A DNA stretch of 64,000 bases from an uncultured Acidobacteriota bacterium (GTDB lineage Bacteria > Acidobacteriota > Polarisedimenticolia > JACPZX01): assembly GCA_964400605.1 (NCBI GenBank), contig CAYNUH010000011.1, forward strand, positions 1,983 to 65,982, written 5' to 3'. Each line of letters begins with the position of its first letter. The stretch's first letter is position 1. Below, in pieces: positions 59,176-64,000 of the stretch. The notes beneath the pieces were generated by a model. That model saw only the letters and a list, made by a program, of their open reading frames with translations, did not search any database and was not told the DNA's origin. The position numbers and the translations under genes are program-made.

Positions 59176-59775
59176 ATGGCCGGAAAGAGTCCCGTGGCGC
59201 GCTGCGGGTGGGCGGGCGCCGATCCTCTGTACGTCGACTACCACGACCGCGAGTGGGGCGTGCCCGTCCACGACGATCGCAGGCTCTTCGAGTTCCTCGT
59301 GCTCGAAGGAGCCCAGGCGGGACTGTCGTGGCTGACCGTGCTCCGCAAGCGCGAGGCGTACCGGCGCGCCTTCGCCGGCTTCGATCCCGGGGCGGTCGCC
59401 CGCTTCGGCGCGCGCGAGGTTCGCTCGCTGCTGCGCGACGCCGGGATCATCCGCAACCATTTGAAGATCGAGGCGGCCGTCGCCAACGCCCGCGCCTTCT
59501 TGGTGGTCCAGGGCGAGTTCGGCACCTTCGACGCCTATCTCTGGCGCTTCGTCGGGGGCAGGCCGAAGCGGAACCGGTGGACGGCGCTGCGGCAGATACC
59601 CGCCGTGACGCCCACGGCGGAGGCTTTGAGCCGCGACCTCCGCGCCCGAGGCTTCCGCTTCGTGGGGCCGACCATCTGCTACGCGCACATGCAGGCAGTC
59701 GGGATGGTCAACGACCACCTGGTGAGCTGCTTCCGATACCGGGAGGTGGGGCGTCCCGCGCCCCTTCCTGTTTGA
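59176..59775 (+). CDS. tag: DNA-3-methyladenine glycosylase I
   Basis: RCGW, YHDREWG, LEGAQAGLSW, FVGPTICYAHMQAVGMVNDH. Confidence 0.97.
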   Translation: MAGKSPVARCGWAGADPLYVDYHDREWGVPVHDDRRLFEFLVLEGAQAGLSWLTVLRKREAYRRAFAGFDPGAVARFGAREVRSLLRDAGIIRNHLKIEAAVANARAFLVVQGEFGTFDAYLWRFVGGRPKRNRWTALRQIPAVTPTAEALSRDLRARGFRFVGPTICYAHMQAVGMVNDHLVSCFRYREVGRPAPLPV

Positions 59776-59864
59776 TCGGCCTCGTCGAGGCCCGCCGGGA
59801 CGCCTTTTCGAGCACAGCGCTCGTTCGTCATTCAGACGGGTGGCAAGTTCGATCCACGGGATGG

Positions 59865-60356
59865 TCAGGCCCCGCGGCGGGCGAGGCGCAGCACGCGTCG
59901 CCTCTCGGCGGCCGCAGCCTCGGAGCGCTCCTCGCTGGTCTCGAGGACGAGAGGCGGCGCCGGGTGCGGACGGCCGTGTGGGCCAAGACATACCATCGTC
60001 ACGAACGCCGTCGTGGTGAGCGTGCGCACGCCGGTCCGCGGGTCCTCTCCGTACACGACCACGCGCACCTCCATCGAGGAGGTGAATACCTGCGTGAGGG
60101 CGGCCTTGAGGCACATGATGTCGCCCAGCTTGAGCGGCGAGATGAAGTCGATGCTGTCCACCGACGCGGTCACGACGGTGGTCCGGCAGTGGCGGATCGC
60201 CACGATGGCGCCGGCCTTGTCGATGAGCGCCATCACCCGGCCCCCGAACACGGAGCCGAGCACGTTGGCGTCCTCGGGCATGACGATCTCGTTGATCTCG
60301 ACGCGCGAGTCGGCGACGCGTCGCGCGGGGAGGGAGCCTTCGGGCGGAGGGATCAC
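59865..60356 (-). CDS. Acyl-CoA thioesterase (hotdog fold)
   Basis: PEDANVLGSVFGGRVMALIDKAG, VVTASVD, SSMEV. Confidence 0.93.
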   Translation of the reverse strand: MIPPPEGSLPARRVADSRVEINEIVMPEDANVLGSVFGGRVMALIDKAGAIVAIRHCRTTVVTASVDSIDFISPLKLGDIMCLKAALTQVFTSSMEVRVVVYGEDPRTGVRTLTTTAFVTMVCLGPHGRPHPAPPLVLETSEERSEAAAAERRRVLRLARRGA

Positions 60357-61855
60357 GGCCTCGCCGTGGCTTCCTTGAAGTAGGCGATCACTTTGGGGGG
60401 GAAGTAGCGCGCGTCGAGCGTGTAGCCGCGATCGAGCGCCACGGCGGTTCGGAAGGCCTTCTCGGCCTGCTGCTTGAGCCGCTGGTCTTCACCCCGCGTG
60501 AGCAGGTACTTCTTGTAGAAGGCGCAGCCGAGGAAGCCCTGCAACCCGGCCTCCTTCGGGAGTGCGGATCCCGCCTGCTCGAAGGAAGAGGCGGCCTCGT
60601 CGTACCGGCCCGCAAAGTAGGACTCGACGCCGCGCGCGTACGCCTGCCGCGCCGCCTGGGTCGCGGCGGCGCCCCTTTCGGCCACGGCCCTCCTCAGGCT
60701 TGGGATCTGGCTGCCCAACTCCTGGGCCGCCTTGCCGACGGCCGCAGGCGTCGAACCCGTCTTCGCCGCGGCGAGCAGGGACGTGATCTTCTCGGCCTCC
60801 GCGGGCTGCAGGACGGCGCTGTTCAAGGTCAGGAACGAATCGGCCTCCCGCACCGTCGGGGCGGCCTTCTCCACGGCGTCGCGGAGGGCCTTGTTGGCCG
60901 CCAGGTCCGCCTGCCGGGCCTCGTCCTGCCGCTTCCGGTCGGCCGCCTTCACGCGCAGGTCGGTGATCGACCGCTTCAGTTCCTGCAGCTTCGCACCGGC
61001 GGCGGCCGGGCTCTGCGCGCCGCGGATCTCGGCGACGAGGGCGTCGAGGCTCTTCTTCTCGGCCTCCTCGAGGTAGCGCCCCGTCTCCACGGCGAGCTTC
61101 TGCGCGGCGGCGATGTCCACGGCGGCCGCGTCGATGGCCCTCGCGAGGGCGGGATCGGGCCCGGCGGGGGCCGCCGGCTTCACGGGCTCCGACGGTGGGG
61201 GGGAGAGAGGAACCGGTCTGGCGAGCTGGGGCGCTGGTGGCTGCGCCCCGGGTTTTTGCGCGGCCGCTACCGGAGGTTGAGGCGAGCCCTGGGCCGGCTT
61301 CTGCTGCGGGGGCTGCTCCGACGGGTGCGAGGGGCCCGACGAAGGCTGCTGCGGGGGCTGGGAGGCAGCCGGCGCGGGAGCCTGCGCGGGCGGCTGCGCC
61401 GGAGGCTGGGAGGCGATCTGGGGAGGAGGGGGCGCCGCGGGCGGGGGCTGGGCCGCCGCGGCCGCCTCGGCCATGCCCTTGGTTTGTCGAAGTTGCGTGT
61501 GAGCGTCCTTGAATTTCTGGACGACCTTCATGGATTCGCTCTTGTTCAGCTCCGCGAGGGCCTCCCCGAACTCCTTTCTCTGGAAGAGCGACATCCCGAG
61601 GTAGTAGTGAGGGAGGTACGGCTCGAAGAACATCCCGCTCGTCTTGATGGCATTGGCCTTTTCGTCGGGACGGTCGGCGATCGCGTCGCGGAAGAACTTC
61701 ACGGCCTTGCCGAACTCGGCATTCTCGTAGGCGGCCCTTCCGTCCTTGTAGCTCTGTTCCCAGCCGGCCCAGGCCTGAGCGAAGGCCATCGCGATGCAGA
61801 AGGCGGCGGCAATCGGGAGGGCCCGAGCGGATCGAGTCACGGAGACGGCGTTCAT
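60353..61855 (-). CDS. Exported TPR protein with Pro/Gln-rich linker
   Basis: Signal peptide; N-terminal TPR ending YLPHYYLG; low-complexity linker; C-terminal TPR with YFPPKVIAYF. Confidence 0.75.
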   Translation of the reverse strand: MNAVSVTRSARALPIAAAFCIAMAFAQAWAGWEQSYKDGRAAYENAEFGKAVKFFRDAIADRPDEKANAIKTSGMFFEPYLPHYYLGMSLFQRKEFGEALAELNKSESMKVVQKFKDAHTQLRQTKGMAEAAAAAQPPPAAPPPPQIASQPPAQPPAQAPAPAASQPPQQPSSGPSHPSEQPPQQKPAQGSPQPPVAAAQKPGAQPPAPQLARPVPLSPPPSEPVKPAAPAGPDPALARAIDAAAVDIAAAQKLAVETGRYLEEAEKKSLDALVAEIRGAQSPAAAGAKLQELKRSITDLRVKAADRKRQDEARQADLAANKALRDAVEKAAPTVREADSFLTLNSAVLQPAEAEKITSLLAAAKTGSTPAAVGKAAQELGSQIPSLRRAVAERGAAATQAARQAYARGVESYFAGRYDEAASSFEQAGSALPKEAGLQGFLGCAFYKKYLLTRGEDQRLKQQAEKAFRTAVALDRGYTLDARYFPPKVIAYFKEATARP

Positions 61856-62670
61856 CTCTTCTTCGTCGCCTCGTTGAAGAGCGTGACCATCTCCTCGGAA
61901 AAGATGCCGGAGGCCAAGGTGTAGTCGGGATCGAGAGCGTGCACGCGCTTGAACTCCATGAAGGACAGGTTGCGCCAGATGTCGCGCCGCGTTGAATCCT
62001 CCGACGCCTTCCCGGCGTACGCCATCCCGAGGTAAAGGTGCAGGGTGAGGTCGTCCTTGGTGGATCGCTTCAACTCATCCTGGAAAAGGCCCACGGATCG
62101 ATCGTACTCCCCCTGGAAGAAGGCCTGGAGGCCTTCCACCAGGTTGTCGGCGGGAGGGCTTCCGGCGGCCGGCGCCGCCGGAGGTGGAGCCGCCGCGCCG
62201 TCTGCCGGCTTCCCGCCCGCCTGGATCCTGTCCGCGATCTTGCGCAGCTTCAGGTAGGCCACCGGATCGTGCTGGACGACGTTCTGGGCTTCCTCCTTCT
62301 CGAGGTTCTGAAGCGCCTCCGCGCCGCGCCCCAGGTGGTATTGCGCGAGCCCGAGGTAGAAGTACGGGATGTAGGAGGCGTGCCACATCCCGTACACCCT
62401 GACGTTGCGCTCCGACTTCGCGTTGAGCTTCAACGCTCGGTCGATCTGGGTCACCACCTTGTCCCAGTTCTCCAGCTCCGCGGCCGCCACGGCCTGACGG
62501 TAGGCCTCGTACCACGCCGGCGAGGCGGGCCCGGCGGGCGGAGCCTGGTCGCCCCGCGCGGCGGGGACGGATGCCAGGACTCCAGAGACGACCAGCACGG
62601 CCGCGCCGATCCGCCGGAGCTGGCGCGGGAGACACGTCTCCCGCGCCCGGGGACCCCTCGGGACCGGCAT
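61852..62670 (-). CDS. Exported TPR protein, paralog of the neighbouring gene
   Basis: Signal peptide; YIPYFYLG; C-terminal DPDYTL...FSEEMVTLFNEAT. Confidence 0.75.
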   Translation of the reverse strand: MPVPRGPRARETCLPRQLRRIGAAVLVVSGVLASVPAARGDQAPPAGPASPAWYEAYRQAVAAAELENWDKVVTQIDRALKLNAKSERNVRVYGMWHASYIPYFYLGLAQYHLGRGAEALQNLEKEEAQNVVQHDPVAYLKLRKIADRIQAGGKPADGAAAPPPAAPAAGSPPADNLVEGLQAFFQGEYDRSVGLFQDELKRSTKDDLTLHLYLGMAYAGKASEDSTRRDIWRNLSFMEFKRVHALDPDYTLASGIFSEEMVTLFNEATKKR

Positions 62671-62683
62671 CCGCGGCGACGGC

Positions 62684-64000
62684 TCAGAACCTGAAGATCG
62701 TCGAGACCACGTACTCATCTCGTATCCCGCTGAAGTCCGCCGCGGCGTCGATCTGGAAGCGATCTTTCACGACCACACCCGTTCCGATGGTTGTGTGGAC
62801 CTCCGTGTCCCGCTCGGGGAATGAATCATTGTTGGAGAAGAACAGCGCCGGACCCGCGCCCGAGAGGAGGGAAGGATCGAAGTCCGCGAAGATGCGGCTG
62901 TTGTGGTCGGTGAAGAACCCGGCGCGCACCGCCCAGGGAATGCTGCCTGCCGTGAAGACGTATTCCGCGCCGGCGTGGATCTCGTCAGCGTCCTCCACCT
63001 TGAACTTCACGAGATCCTCGAGGGCGCCCCCCGCCACCAGGGCGAAGCCGTTGGGATCGATGGTCACGAGCGTCAACGCGCCCACGCCCGCCTGGAACCC
63101 TTCTAGGAGGTCCGAATACTTGATGTGCACCCAGTCCAGCGAGATGGTGAGAGGGCCCGTGGGCCTCCAGGCCACGCCCGCGCCGTAGCTGTCGGGCGTG
63201 TTGAATGTGGTCGGGGACGGAGTGCCTATGGCGCCGGAAACAGTTGTCCCCGGGGCAAAGCCGAAGACGGGGGCGAGGAAGCCCTCGTTCGTGAAAGACT
63301 CGTCCACCTCGAACTTCAGCCCGCCTCGATAGACGGCCCCGAAGGAGAGCGTGCTGTGCGGTCTCCAGAGGACGCCCAGGTTGAAGGCAACGTCCGTGTC
63401 CCTGTCGTTGATCGTCGTGTCATAAAAGGTCACGGGTGTGTTCGGGGCCTGCGTCAGAAAGGTCCCGGCCACATCGATGAAGGCGTTGTTGACGCTTGAC
63501 TGGATGTTGAGCATCCCCACCGCCACGGTACCGCCCACGGAGATCTTCTCCGTGATCTTGGCCGCCCCGGAGAAGTTCCAGACCGACAGGTCGGTCTGGA
63601 TCTGCCCCGCGCTGGTCAGCTCTCTGTCGATGGCCGCCGTGCTGGGATCGAAGTCGATCGTGAAGGAGCTCGCCGTGGTGTTCCTGGCCTTGTTCACCTC
63701 GATCCGGGAAATGCCCGCGGCGAAGCGCTTCCACGGGTGAACGAAGGAAATGAACGAGGGGCTGAAGACTCCGCTGGGGGACGTCTCGGAAGTAATCCCT
63801 GACTGGTCCCCGAATGGGTTCAACACCTGCTGCTCGATGGACGCGTCGTCGGCGTTGGTGTCGCGGACCTCGGTGAAGAACTCGGGTCTCGCCAAAAGCA
63901 TCAGCCCCGCCGGGTTGGCCAGCGCTCCGGTGGCATCGTCGGACACCGCGATGAAGGCGCCGCCGATCCCGAGCGATCGGGCGCCCGGGTTGGTGAGGTT
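62684..64000 (-). CDS. FadL/OmpP1-like outer-membrane beta-barrel, 5'-truncated at window edge
   Basis: NPGARSLGIGGAFIAVSDDATGALANPAGL hatch-like motif; amphipathic beta strands; C-terminal IFRF. Confidence 0.8.
   Translation of the reverse strand, partial: NLTNPGARSLGIGGAFIAVSDDATGALANPAGLMLLARPEFFTEVRDTNADDASIEQQVLNPFGDQSGITSETSPSGVFSPSFISFVHPWKRFAAGISRIEVNKARNTTASSFTIDFDPSTAAIDRELTSAGQIQTDLSVWNFSGAAKITEKISVGGTVAVGMLNIQSSVNNAFIDVAGTFLTQAPNTPVTFYDTTINDRDTDVAFNLGVLWRPHSTLSFGAVYRGGLKFEVDESFTNEGFLAPVFGFAPGTTVSGAIGTPSPTTFNTPDSYGAGVAWRPTGPLTISLDWVHIKYSDLLEGFQAGVGALTLVTIDPNGFALVAGGALEDLVKFKVEDADEIHAGAEYVFTAGSIPWAVRAGFFTDHNSRIFADFDPSLLSGAGPALFFSNNDSFPERDTEVHTTIGTGVVVKDRFQIDAAADFSGIRDEYVVSTIFRF

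Overview
High-GC bacterial chromosomal window. The gene mix (eukaryote-like Ser/Thr kinase with PD40 repeats, PEGA/TPR proteins, FadL-type barrel with an NPGARSLG start) suggests Acidobacteriota; this is inference. It is mostly housekeeping and envelope genes: hppA, mreBCD-mrdA-rodA-rng, fba, glpX, a PPi-type pfk, tag, msrAB, ppiD, an ArnT/GT2 cluster, two diguanylate cyclases and an EAL protein, plus tRNA-Sec(UCA) and tRNA-Ala(GGC). Main non-routine elements: (1) a Fur-boxed operon joining FeoB (with an unusual extracytoplasmic insert), a Cys-rich protein, DtxR-FeoA, ApbE, a porin, an FMN-binding protein and a His-rich 4-TM cytochrome b-like protein, a candidate flavinylation-based reductive iron-uptake system; (2) a decayed inverted-orientation integron (intI 3' remnant, core site, decayed attC) whose cassette carries a putative type II endonuclease and an HTH-fused methyltransferase on a leaderless, probably autoregulated promoter; (3) a ~200-nt nested rod-like palindrome next to it; (4) a 22-codon Lys/Arg-rich micro-ORF with strong promoter and RBS just upstream of tRNA-Ala; (5) a possible pseudoknot sequestering the RBS of a diguanylate cyclase. 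All calls come from reading the sequence by eye; no searches were run and several start codons are estimates.
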